From an uncultured virus (IMG/VR IMGVR_UViG_3300000425_000001) (lineage: Duplodnaviria; Heunggongvirae; Uroviricota; Caudoviricetes): a stretch of 64,000 nt of DNA. The first letter of the stretch is position 1; every line of letters begins with the position of its first letter. Made by a program: the position numbers and the translations under genes. The stretch is taken from the IMG/VR virus record IMGVR_UViG_3300000425_000001, one strand, 5' to 3'. Below are positions 17,735 through 26,147 of this stretch, in pieces. Below the pieces are notes generated by a model. It saw only the letters and a list, made by a program, of their open reading frames with translations, was not told where the DNA came from and did no database searches.

Positions 17735-20641
17735 TTATCTTCCTGACCTTCCGCCATTGCGGCCTCTATTTCTTACATTAGTAGGTACTTTAGTAACATC
17801 TGAAGGGACGCCGCCGGTGTTCTGAGATATCTTTCTCAAATATTTTTCTTCGTTTGCTTCGTGTTGTACTAGTAATGCTATGTTACTATTTAACTCTTTT
17901 AGTATATCTGAATCTATACCCTGGCTGCCGACGCCAGAGTTTTCAAATAGAGATCCTGCATTTACTCCTGTGCCTCGACGTAGCATACCATTGTTGTCTT
18001 TGGATAACTCGTCGTTAATTTTTTCTAAGTTGTCGCCCATTTTCATTAATTGAGTATTGAAATTTCTCATGTCAACTATTTTTAAATCAGCTTGAAAGGA
18101 AGCCATGTTTTCTTGTAGACCCTGTACTGCACCTATACGCTCAAATGCACCTGCAATTCTTTCAATGCCAGCTGATGCATTTGACAATCTTTCTATAGTT
18201 TCAATTTGATCTTTGGTCATTGCGGGTGAAACAGTAGGGACTTTTTTTGGTGGTAATGCGTCTGCACCAGATGTTCCTACTGTATCGCCTTCTTCTGATA
18301 GTACTGCGTCTGCACTAGCTGTTCCTACTGCATCGCCTGCCACATAGCCTAATGCGCCGCCACCGAGGCCGCCAAGGATACCACCAATAGCGCCACCGAC
18401 TGCTGTTCCTAAAAACGGAACAATTGAACCTATTGCTGCTCCTGCTGCTGCTCCTGCAAGAGCTCCGCCATAACCACCAGCTGCGCCGCCGACGCCGCCA
18501 GCAACTGCGCCAGTAGACTCGACTTTTTTATCTCTAGCAGAAAGCTCGTCGTCATTAGAAATACTTAATAATTCAGCACCTACTAGCAATGCACCTAGTA
18601 TTCCGGCTCCGCCTTTAAGCCATTTGGGCATCTTAAATTTTTTATCAGCTGTTGGGTCAACATCTGGCTTTTTAGGCTTGTCTTTTTCTGGAGTTGTTGA
18701 TGCTGCTTCACGATCTAGTTTTCGCTTTCGGGCTTCTAGTGCAGTGCCTGACAGCGGTTTACCGTTTCTGTCTAATAATTGATCTGGTCTATAGTTGGCT
18801 GGTTTTTTTGGCCAGAGGCTTTTTGCACCTTTGACCATAGCACTCGTTACTCCTTTGAGAAGGAATAAACTTTTAATGCCAGCTGTTAGTGCTAGAGCAA
18901 TTGGATTTCCTAGTAAAAATAATGCACCAATGCCTAATACTATTTCGTCTATCCATGTATCGTTATCCATAGCAGACTTAATGCCGGATACTATAGAATC
19001 AATCAACATACCACCTAGAGGTGCTAGACCTTTTAGAATGTCGTCTAAAGCGCCGCCTTCACGCTGGCCGTAGTTAGGATCGCGAGGATCTTCAATTTTT
19101 TCGCCCATTAATACGTCAAGAATACTGTTACCGATGCCCTTTAATGCATTACTTATTGCTTTTTTTGGATCTTCTGCAAATGCTTCTAAGAAGTTGCTGA
19201 TAGATGTTGACATACTGGTTAGTCCGTTGTTGATTACGGACATTGTTTTCTCGTCGCCCAGTGCCTTTACTAGATTATCAGTTACATCTTGAACTGTTTG
19301 AAGTATTCCTGAATCGATAAATGCAAGTTTTAAGTTAGTTCTTATGTTATTTAATGTTTCGTTAAATGCAAGCACACTATCTTCTCGTGCCTTCATTGCT
19401 GCTTTATCTGCTTTTTCTTTGTTATATTGTTCCTCTGTTAAGAATCTTAAATCCTTTGTTTGTTCTGTAAAGTCAAGTATACCTCTAATACCTGCGTCGC
19501 TTTCGGCAAGAGCTTGAATAGTAGTACCGTTTGCTGCTGCAAATGCTTCCATTTCTTCTCTAACTGTAAACATAAAGTTATTCATTTCACGAGGATCCAT
19601 ATCCTCAATATCTCTTGACTTGGCTCTAAATGTATTACTTAATGAACTGAGTCTTGCAGCAAGATCTGAATTAGGAATTCCGTCTGCCATATCAAGCAGT
19701 GCATCTTGCATTGCTGCGCCGCCCATTGTTAGATTAGCCAGAAATCTTTTTTGTTGGTCATCGTCCATGCTTGCCATTGCAACTCTTGAACGATAGTCGC
19801 TAGCGGCTTGTTTCATTTCGTCTTTGAGTTGATCGCGGCGTTTGCCTGTGATCACCGACAGGTCAAACAACGTGTTTGAAAATTCAGCAGCCGACTTTGC
19901 TGTAACTTTGTCTCTAATTCTGCCCATAGTAAAGATATTACTATTCAGTTCTGCTAGGTCAATCAGTGTTTCATTTAGTTCAGTAGACGTAAAACCCAGC
20001 TGCATCAACTCTCTGCCTGGTCCATCTCTAAATTCTTTTGATAGTGCGGCTAAATTTTTAGCACCACTGGTTGTTGTAGCACCAAATAACTTTAGGCTTT
20101 GACTGTTTTCCATAATCAACTGTCTAAAGTCGTCAATAGGAACACCAGCTTGTGCAGCCATTATACTAAAATCATACAAACCTTTTGCAGCGGTGCCGCC
20201 GATGGTACTAAATTCACGATATGTTTCAACATTATCGTCAATCATCTGTGTTAGAGGAGTTAATACTGTGCCAACTAGAGGTAATTCTTTTGCAAAAGTG
20301 CTTAGGGTATTACCGCCAAACAACAGTTCGCTGCCAAAAGCAGTCATACGATTTGCTACATATCCAAGACTATTACCTAAAAGTCCAAGACCTTTGTTTA
20401 ACATCGAAGTGTTGTCTTTTAAAGAATCTGTATTGTTGTCTAACGCTTTTCGATTTTCTTCAACTATTTCTATACCGTCTTTTAATGACTTTGAAAGTTC
20501 TTTTGTTTTTTTATTAACTTCTTTAGGATCAAAACCCTTGGACCTTGCAAGACGATCCATGGTTTTTAAAAGTTCGGCTAGAGTTTCCTCACTAGCAACA
20601 CCACCTTTACCAAAATTGGTAATTTCAACTTCTTCTGCCAA
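17735..20641 (-). CDS. Tape-measure-like tail protein, 968 aa
   Basis: Long helical A/L/K-rich protein with hydrophobic and glycine-zipper segments (GAAAGAAIGS..GGAIGG); TTG start. Confidence 0.7.
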   Translation of the reverse strand: MAEEVEITNFGKGGVASEETLAELLKTMDRLARSKGFDPKEVNKKTKELSKSLKDGIEIVEENRKALDNNTDSLKDNTSMLNKGLGLLGNSLGYVANRMTAFGSELLFGGNTLSTFAKELPLVGTVLTPLTQMIDDNVETYREFSTIGGTAAKGLYDFSIMAAQAGVPIDDFRQLIMENSQSLKLFGATTTSGAKNLAALSKEFRDGPGRELMQLGFTSTELNETLIDLAELNSNIFTMGRIRDKVTAKSAAEFSNTLFDLSVITGKRRDQLKDEMKQAASDYRSRVAMASMDDDQQKRFLANLTMGGAAMQDALLDMADGIPNSDLAARLSSLSNTFRAKSRDIEDMDPREMNNFMFTVREEMEAFAAANGTTIQALAESDAGIRGILDFTEQTKDLRFLTEEQYNKEKADKAAMKAREDSVLAFNETLNNIRTNLKLAFIDSGILQTVQDVTDNLVKALGDEKTMSVINNGLTSMSTSISNFLEAFAEDPKKAISNALKGIGNSILDVLMGEKIEDPRDPNYGQREGGALDDILKGLAPLGGMLIDSIVSGIKSAMDNDTWIDEIVLGIGALFLLGNPIALALTAGIKSLFLLKGVTSAMVKGAKSLWPKKPANYRPDQLLDRNGKPLSGTALEARKRKLDREAASTTPEKDKPKKPDVDPTADKKFKMPKWLKGGAGILGALLVGAELLSISNDDELSARDKKVESTGAVAGGVGGAAGGYGGALAGAAAGAAIGSIVPFLGTAVGGAIGGILGGLGGGALGYVAGDAVGTASADAVLSEEGDTVGTSGADALPPKKVPTVSPAMTKDQIETIERLSNASAGIERIAGAFERIGAVQGLQENMASFQADLKIVDMRNFNTQLMKMGDNLEKINDELSKDNNGMLRRGTGVNAGSLFENSGVGSQGIDSDILKELNSNIALLVQHEANEEKYLRKISQNTGGVPSDVTKVPTNVRNRGRNGGRSGR

Positions 20642-20662
20642 CCTTAATTCCTATAAACTGCG

Positions 20663-20701
20663 TATTTAATAAATATAGATATATACTTTACAATGTATTT
20701 A
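20663..20701. promoter_or_regulatory. Overlapping opposite-strand late promoters
   Basis: TAAATA on plus at 20670-20675; on minus at 20696-20701 and 20663-20668. Confidence 0.65.
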
Positions 20702-20714
20702 TCTGGAGTAAACC

Positions 20715-21596
20715 ATGCCTGAGTTCGATCCTTCGACTTTTATACCACCGGAAGCACCTAATCCGTTAAAAAAACACTTTAGGCAACCAAAAGTCTACAT
20801 TACTTTACCTAGCAAAGGCATGTTTTATCCTGAAGGTAGTTTAAATATGCCCGAAACAGGTGAAATACCTGTGTATTCGATGACTGCTTCTGATGAACTT
20901 ACTATGAAAACCCCAGATGCACTGTTAAATGGCCAAGCAACTGTTGATGTAATTAAAAGTTGTATACCATCTATTGCAAATCCTTGGCACATGCCCAGTA
21001 TTGACCTCGATGCTGTGTTGATTGCTATTCGTATTGCAACATATGGCGAACAATTGGACTTTCCAGTCGAACTTCCAAACACTGACATAGTTAAAGACTA
21101 TGCAGTTGACCTAAGAATACTGTTAAACAAGTTAGTCAGTGTAACATTTGACAGCGAATGCACTGTTCAGGGCATGAAATGTACTGTTAGACCGTTGACC
21201 TATCAAGAATTTACCAAGAGTAGTTTAAAAACCTTTGAAGAACAGAGAATATTTGCTGTAGTTAACAATGACGAAATGTCAGAAGAAGATAAACTGTCTA
21301 AATTTGCCAGTAGTTTCAAAAAACTAACTGAATTAACAGTTGATATGATGGCTCAATCTGTTACAAGCATAACAACTGACGAAACTACTGTAACAAATGC
21401 TGATCATATCAAAGAGTTTGTAATAAATGCTGACAAAGACGTATTTAAAACACTACAGACACACTTTGATACTCAGCGAGAGAAGTTTTCCATCGAACCT
21501 ATGAAGATTACTCCTAGTGAGGAAGAAAAAGCACAAGGCGCACCGGAACAGTTTGAAGTTCCTATTGCATTTGATCAATCAAATTTTTTCGTATAA
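20715..21596 (+). CDS. Baseplate hub/tail assembly chaperone, T4 gp26-like
   Basis: NPLKKHFRQPKVYITLPSKG, DLDAVLIAIRIATYGE; adjacent to the tape-measure-like gene; GGAG SD. Confidence 0.75.
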   Translation: MPEFDPSTFIPPEAPNPLKKHFRQPKVYITLPSKGMFYPEGSLNMPETGEIPVYSMTASDELTMKTPDALLNGQATVDVIKSCIPSIANPWHMPSIDLDAVLIAIRIATYGEQLDFPVELPNTDIVKDYAVDLRILLNKLVSVTFDSECTVQGMKCTVRPLTYQEFTKSSLKTFEEQRIFAVVNNDEMSEEDKLSKFASSFKKLTELTVDMMAQSVTSITTDETTVTNADHIKEFVINADKDVFKTLQTHFDTQREKFSIEPMKITPSEEEKAQGAPEQFEVPIAFDQSNFFV

Positions 21597-21607
21597 AGAT
21601 CTTACCA

Positions 21608-21820
21608 ATGCCCCTGGCTGACCTCCTGGCACATACCAAACAAATAGAAAACGAAGGCTTAGAACTGCGCAATGAGATACTAAAACTTATTTGGTATATG
21701 AGAGGCAGCGTTAGTCTAGACGAAGGATTTACTATGGGCTATCAAGATCGAAAAATGATAGGCGAAATAGTAAAGGAAAACATGAAAACCACCAAAGAAA
21801 GTGGTTTACCTTTCTTTTAA
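21608..21820 (+). CDS. gp51-like small assembly protein, possibly made as a -1 frameshift extension of the upstream gene
   Basis: LIWYMRGSVS..DRKMIGEIVKEN; no SD; the -1 frame is open back to the slippery T TTT TTC at 21584-21590. Confidence 0.65.
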   Translation: MPLADLLAHTKQIENEGLELRNEILKLIWYMRGSVSLDEGFTMGYQDRKMIGEIVKENMKTTKESGLPFF

Positions 21821-22359
21821 TTTCCTACTTTACCGTAATTTTTTAATTTTTGACTTTTATCAAAGTTTTTATCAACTACAGTGTTGGTTTTTGGTAGAGT
21901 TTTTTGTAATTGTGCAATTAATCTACGTTTTTCTTTGGCATTTAGTTTTAGTGCAGCAGATTTAGTTGAACTGTAGGTACTAGACGCTTTAGTTGCTGTT
22001 TTTCCAGGAGATCCTGAAGCCTTTGCTGGTGCTGTAACGCCTTTTCCAGACATTTTTTGTTGAACTTTAGCTTGGAATATCTTTTTAATACGTGCAGGAG
22101 TCATAGGTGCTTGAAGATCAATATCACTAACATCAACTTTTTTCGATGATAGGTATTTTACTACGTCATCAGTAGAAGCTGTTTTGAATTTTTGCCCTTG
22201 TGTGCCCAGATGAGCTGCAAAGTCCTGTATCAGTTTATCCACAGATGCTTTTGCGTCTTTTTTGCCAGCTTTTTCTGCTCGCTTGATCATTCTTCCCTGT
22301 TTGGTTATAGGAATAAACTCATCAAGTTGTGATTCATTAAGTATATCGTCAAGTCTCAT
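21817..22359 (-). CDS. Basic hypothetical protein, candidate internal head protein, 180 aa
   Basis: K/A-rich; N-terminal ILNE/QLDE motifs; TAAATA-N5-ATG. Confidence 0.7.
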   Translation of the reverse strand: MRLDDILNESQLDEFIPITKQGRMIKRAEKAGKKDAKASVDKLIQDFAAHLGTQGQKFKTASTDDVVKYLSSKKVDVSDIDLQAPMTPARIKKIFQAKVQQKMSGKGVTAPAKASGSPGKTATKASSTYSSTKSAALKLNAKEKRRLIAQLQKTLPKTNTVVDKNFDKSQKLKNYGKVGN

Positions 22360-22371
22360 ACTATTATTTAG

Positions 22372-22863
22372 TATATCTGCTTCACAGATATAAGTTTTCG
22401 CTAATCGCTCAAACTATACACTCCGTTTTATGATATATAAGTAAGAAACTGAATAACATGAAGTTTTAAATATTCATGTAGATCGTTTCAGTCAGACGGA
22501 ACCTGTTACGGTTCCGTCGTCTCAAAGAAAAACTTCATGTGAGTCTTATCCAGCCGAGACCTGGAAGTAGGTTTTTTCTGCTACACAATGGGCTCTGACC
22601 TTTCCCAACCTACGTCGACATCGTAATAATATGTTTTTGTAAGCTAACAAGTTAATGTTAGTATACAGAATACATATTACTACTACCTCTCGCTTCGTTC
22701 CTATTGCTAAAGAGTTTTTATGTGTAATGTGCAGTTTTTTCGACAGCCAACAATCAGTCTATGCCAATCAAACACCCTACTACCGGATGCCGCTCAGCAT
22801 GTTACGTGTGCTCCTATACGGTAGCCTTTTCCACAGCGGTATTTTTGATCTGGCCCGCCAACC
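22372..22863 (-). ncRNA. Candidate large structured ncRNA (or structured DNA element) downstream of the GIY-YIG gene
   Basis: Longest intergenic gap in the window, with many nested inverted repeats (9-bp and 12-bp perfect stems, a ~60-nt hairpin) and possible pseudoknots. Confidence 0.6.
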
Positions 22864-23313
22864 TTATGTGTTGGATTGTTTTGCCTTGATTTGATGTTCT
22901 AGCAATGCCTGTTTGAGTTTGTCTGACCCGCCAACTCTAACATTGATGATACCGTTGTAGTATTCATCTGTTTCGAGTACACGCCTGTCAAACTGTTCTT
23001 TAGCCTCTAAGTAGGACATTTCGCCCCTGCCTTTACATAGGTATAGTATTTCTCTTGTAAATTTATCTTGGCCTAACTTTTCTACGTCTTCATTTAGCCT
23101 ATCACTAGATCCCCAATAGGTTTTCCAGTCTGATTCTTTTGTTCCGCGTCGTTTATTTTTTTTGCCTTTTAAGGGTGGCTTAGTAGTTTTAAATTTTGCT
23201 AGTTTTTTGCCTATGTATTTGCGATCATCAGTTAAATTGGTTATAATGTAAACAAATCCTTCATACTCGTCTGGTATTTCTGTGACTTCTTCACCATTAT
23301 ATGTCCAATTCAT
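22864..23313 (-). CDS. GIY-YIG family endonuclease, 149 aa
   Basis: GFVYIITN..RKYIGKK, YWGSS, FTREIL, catalytic-type E in YLEAKEQ, and YYN. Confidence 0.9.
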   Translation of the reverse strand: MNWTYNGEEVTEIPDEYEGFVYIITNLTDDRKYIGKKLAKFKTTKPPLKGKKNKRRGTKESDWKTYWGSSDRLNEDVEKLGQDKFTREILYLCKGRGEMSYLEAKEQFDRRVLETDEYYNGIINVRVGGSDKLKQALLEHQIKAKQSNT

Positions 23314-23320
23314 ACAATGT

Positions 23321-23542
23321 TTATCGATTTTTGTATTGCTTGCCTTTAAATTTGGTTTTGTACTCTTTTTGATTCTGCCTAATTTCAGTATTTCGTTCTT
23401 TTGCTATTGATCTAATGTCTCTAAGTGCCTTTTGTACAGTAGCATATGAACGAACTGAATTATTTCGTTCCCACCATTCATTTGCTGCAAAATATCGCAG
23501 ATATGCCTGTACTAATTCTTCGTGAAAGTTGTCTTCGTTCAT
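23321..23542 (-). CDS. Small basic helical protein, 73 aa
   Basis: ATGA overlap with the hemC stop; VQKALRDIRSIAKERNTEI. Confidence 0.7.
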   Translation of the reverse strand: MNEDNFHEELVQAYLRYFAANEWWERNNSVRSYATVQKALRDIRSIAKERNTEIRQNQKEYKTKFKGKQYKNR

Positions 23543-24378
23543 TTTATAGCAAATCCTGCCTTTAAACCTAATTCTTTGTAGCTAGATAACAAGCCTTCTA
23601 CCTTGCATGAAGTATTATTCTCATAATTCCATGCATTAATAGTTAACAAAGTTCCGCATACATTGGTAATAGATCCGATTGCAGTATCACAGTCACCGTC
23701 TATGACCTTTAACATTTCTCTTTCGGCCATAGCACATTGATATGTTTCTAAATGATTGATTTGATCCATTAAAAAATTAATTTCTGCGTCTTTTTTAGTT
23801 TGCACAGCAATAACACCCTGTCCTACAGCCGGTACTAGTTCTTCTAATGCCATAATTTTACTAATTTCATGACCTAGATTCATTGTATCAAGACCTGCCA
23901 TTGCTAAAATAGTAGCATCATACTCATTATCACGAATTTTTTGTATTCGTGTGTCGATATTACCTCGTATTGGCAGTATTTCACTGTTAGGAAACATTTT
24001 TGCAAGTTGTAACTTACGCCTAGGACTGCTTGTGCCTATTTTACACCCGTCTTCTAGGTTACCAATCACAGCATCACGTGGATCATGACGTTTCATAACA
24101 GCAAATATGTCTGTATCACTGTGTAGATCTTTAGGAAGGTCTTTAAAACTATGCACAGCTATATCAATATTATTATCCAACAGTTGTTGTTCGATTTTAG
24201 TAACAAATACACCTTTGCCTCCTATTTCAGCAATGTTCTTTTTGGCGTATATGTCACCGTCTGTTTTGATTGTGATTATTTCAACATCATAATCGCCTAC
24301 AGAGTTAATTTTACGTTTAACAATGTCTGCATATGCTAGTGCAAGTTTACTGCCTCTAACTCCTAGTCTAATTTTCAT
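23539..24378 (-). CDS. hemC: Hydroxymethylbilane synthase (porphobilinogen deaminase)
   Basis: RGSKLAL, GGKGVF, DIAVHSFKDLP, GTSSPRR, RGNIDTRI, PAVGQG and the cofactor Cys in DGDCDTAIG. Confidence 0.95.
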   Translation of the reverse strand: MKIRLGVRGSKLALAYADIVKRKINSVGDYDVEIITIKTDGDIYAKKNIAEIGGKGVFVTKIEQQLLDNNIDIAVHSFKDLPKDLHSDTDIFAVMKRHDPRDAVIGNLEDGCKIGTSSPRRKLQLAKMFPNSEILPIRGNIDTRIQKIRDNEYDATILAMAGLDTMNLGHEISKIMALEELVPAVGQGVIAVQTKKDAEINFLMDQINHLETYQCAMAEREMLKVIDGDCDTAIGSITNVCGTLLTINAWNYENNTSCKVEGLLSSYKELGLKAGFAIK

Positions 24379-26147
24379 TCTACTATTTCCAAATCGTTTG
24401 CATAAGAAGTAAAGCCATTTTCTTTAACAACCTTCAACACATTGTTTACTCTACCTACAAGTTCATCTTTGTGAGATATGAGGAAAATATTTTTATTACG
24501 TTCTCTAGTCATCTTTTTCAATACACCGATTGAATTTTCAACTCCTGCACTGTCCATACCGCTATCGATAAGCTCGTCAATAAACAACAAGTTGATGTTT
24601 TGATATAAACTTTCCCAAACATCGCGGAATGCAAAGCTCAGTCCTAAGATAAGCCTGTTGCGCTCTCCTCGACTTAGGTTATCAAAGTCTAGATCTTGAC
24701 CTAGTTGTGTAATTTCTACATTTAGGTCATTCTGGAATTGAACCTGATGCGGTAATCCAAGTGTATCTAGATAATAGGTAAGTCTGTTGTTGAGATATGC
24801 TAGGTTTTGATCAATAATCTTCTTGCGAATAAAACTATCCTTGTTTGTGAGCAGTTTTAACAAGAACTCTTGGTGTTCTTTAAACTCAGTTAGGTCGTTT
24901 ATTGAATCCCAATTAAGCTCTTGTATAGCAGTATTTTCTAGATCAGTAATTTGAACAAGATACGGATCAACTTCCACTTCTCTGTTTGCTAGTGCACTCT
25001 TTAGATTGTCAACATTGTTTCTATGTTCGTATGCTTCTTTAGCACTATCATAAAATGTTGTAGGCTTACCATTGATGTCACCAATTTCTTCAAGTGCTAT
25101 AATAACTTCTGAACACTTTGCATTAATTTCTTGTGCATATGCTGTTGCATCAGCAAGTTCTTTGTTTTTACGCTCTGCAATTTCAGCTTTTTTATCTGCA
25201 TGAAGTTCTTGACCACACGTATAACATGTTGCATCTTCTAGTTCTAGAATATCTTTATTTGCTTTTTCTACGCTCTTGTTTGCTCGTTGCAGTGCTGGTT
25301 CTAGGGTGCTTAGTTCTTTTCTAAGAGCTAGTATAGAGTTATTGTGTTCTGTCCAACTTGCTAATTTTTCGTGTGCTTCTAATTCTGTTTCAATATCTAA
25401 TTTTTCTAATTCTTCGATAGCAGATACAAGTTTTTTAAGGTCAGTATTTTTCTTAGCAACCCAGGCACGTTGATTATTTTTTAAACTATCAATTGTAGTT
25501 TGTATTTTTTGATTGGCACTTTCGATTGCCTGAATTTTAAATGTCTCTTCTGTGATTGCTTGCTTGGTTGTTTTTACTTGCTCTTTGAGTGACTCTGCTT
25601 TTTCGCTTAGAATTGTAATTCCAAGCAGTTGTTCGATAATAGCACGTTGGTCGTTTGCTCTCATACTTAGGAAAGGTTCACTATAGGTGTTGAGTGCAAC
25701 AATATGCTTAAACATATCGTGACTCATTCCTAGTAATTCTTGAATAGATTCCTGTGTTTTACGACTGTCGCCTTGTGATTCGTCTTCTTCGACTTTTTCA
25801 GTATTATTAACATAAAACTTTAAAATATTTGGAGAACGACCTCGTTCAATCCTGTATTCTATGTTATTTTTTTCAAAAGACAGTGTAACTAACATTCCTT
25901 TTGAGTTAGTTTTATTAATTAGATTGTTTCTTTTAATATTAGTAAGTGCTTGACCATACAGTGCATAGCTAAGAGCATTAATAATAGTAGTTTTTCCAGT
26001 GCCGTTACGACTTCCGCTGTCGTCTCCGCCTTGATCTAAGTTTTCACCAAGAACAAGCGTAAGACTTTGCTGATCAAAGTCTACACCTTGACTGACGTTG
26101 CCTACACTCATGAAGTTTTTTACAGTTAAATCTTTGATTTTGATCAT
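24375..26147 (-). CDS. gp46: Recombination ATPase subunit, T4 gp46/SbcC/Rad50-like
   Basis: KNFMSVGN, Walker A NGTGKT, zinc hook CYTC, signature LSRGE, Walker B LLFIDE, ISH. Confidence 0.96.
   Translation of the reverse strand: MIKIKDLTVKNFMSVGNVSQGVDFDQQSLTLVLGENLDQGGDDSGSRNGTGKTTIINALSYALYGQALTNIKRNNLINKTNSKGMLVTLSFEKNNIEYRIERGRSPNILKFYVNNTEKVEEDESQGDSRKTQESIQELLGMSHDMFKHIVALNTYSEPFLSMRANDQRAIIEQLLGITILSEKAESLKEQVKTTKQAITEETFKIQAIESANQKIQTTIDSLKNNQRAWVAKKNTDLKKLVSAIEELEKLDIETELEAHEKLASWTEHNNSILALRKELSTLEPALQRANKSVEKANKDILELEDATCYTCGQELHADKKAEIAERKNKELADATAYAQEINAKCSEVIIALEEIGDINGKPTTFYDSAKEAYEHRNNVDNLKSALANREVEVDPYLVQITDLENTAIQELNWDSINDLTEFKEHQEFLLKLLTNKDSFIRKKIIDQNLAYLNNRLTYYLDTLGLPHQVQFQNDLNVEITQLGQDLDFDNLSRGERNRLILGLSFAFRDVWESLYQNINLLFIDELIDSGMDSAGVENSIGVLKKMTRERNKNIFLISHKDELVGRVNNVLKVVKENGFTSYANDLEIVE

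Noticed and set aside
22372..22863. Identification as group I/II intron, RNase P RNA, tmRNA, tRNA or CRISPR array
   Set aside because: No interrupted gene, no group II domain V, no tRNA-like ends and no repeat-spacer periodicity. GGGAAAGGTCAGAGC only loosely echoes the RNase P GGAAAGUC motif; cmscan is needed to settle this
22655..22894. 79-aa plus-strand ORF in the structured gap
   Set aside because: No SD, atypical composition, overlaps the GIY-YIG gene antisense and crosses the hairpins
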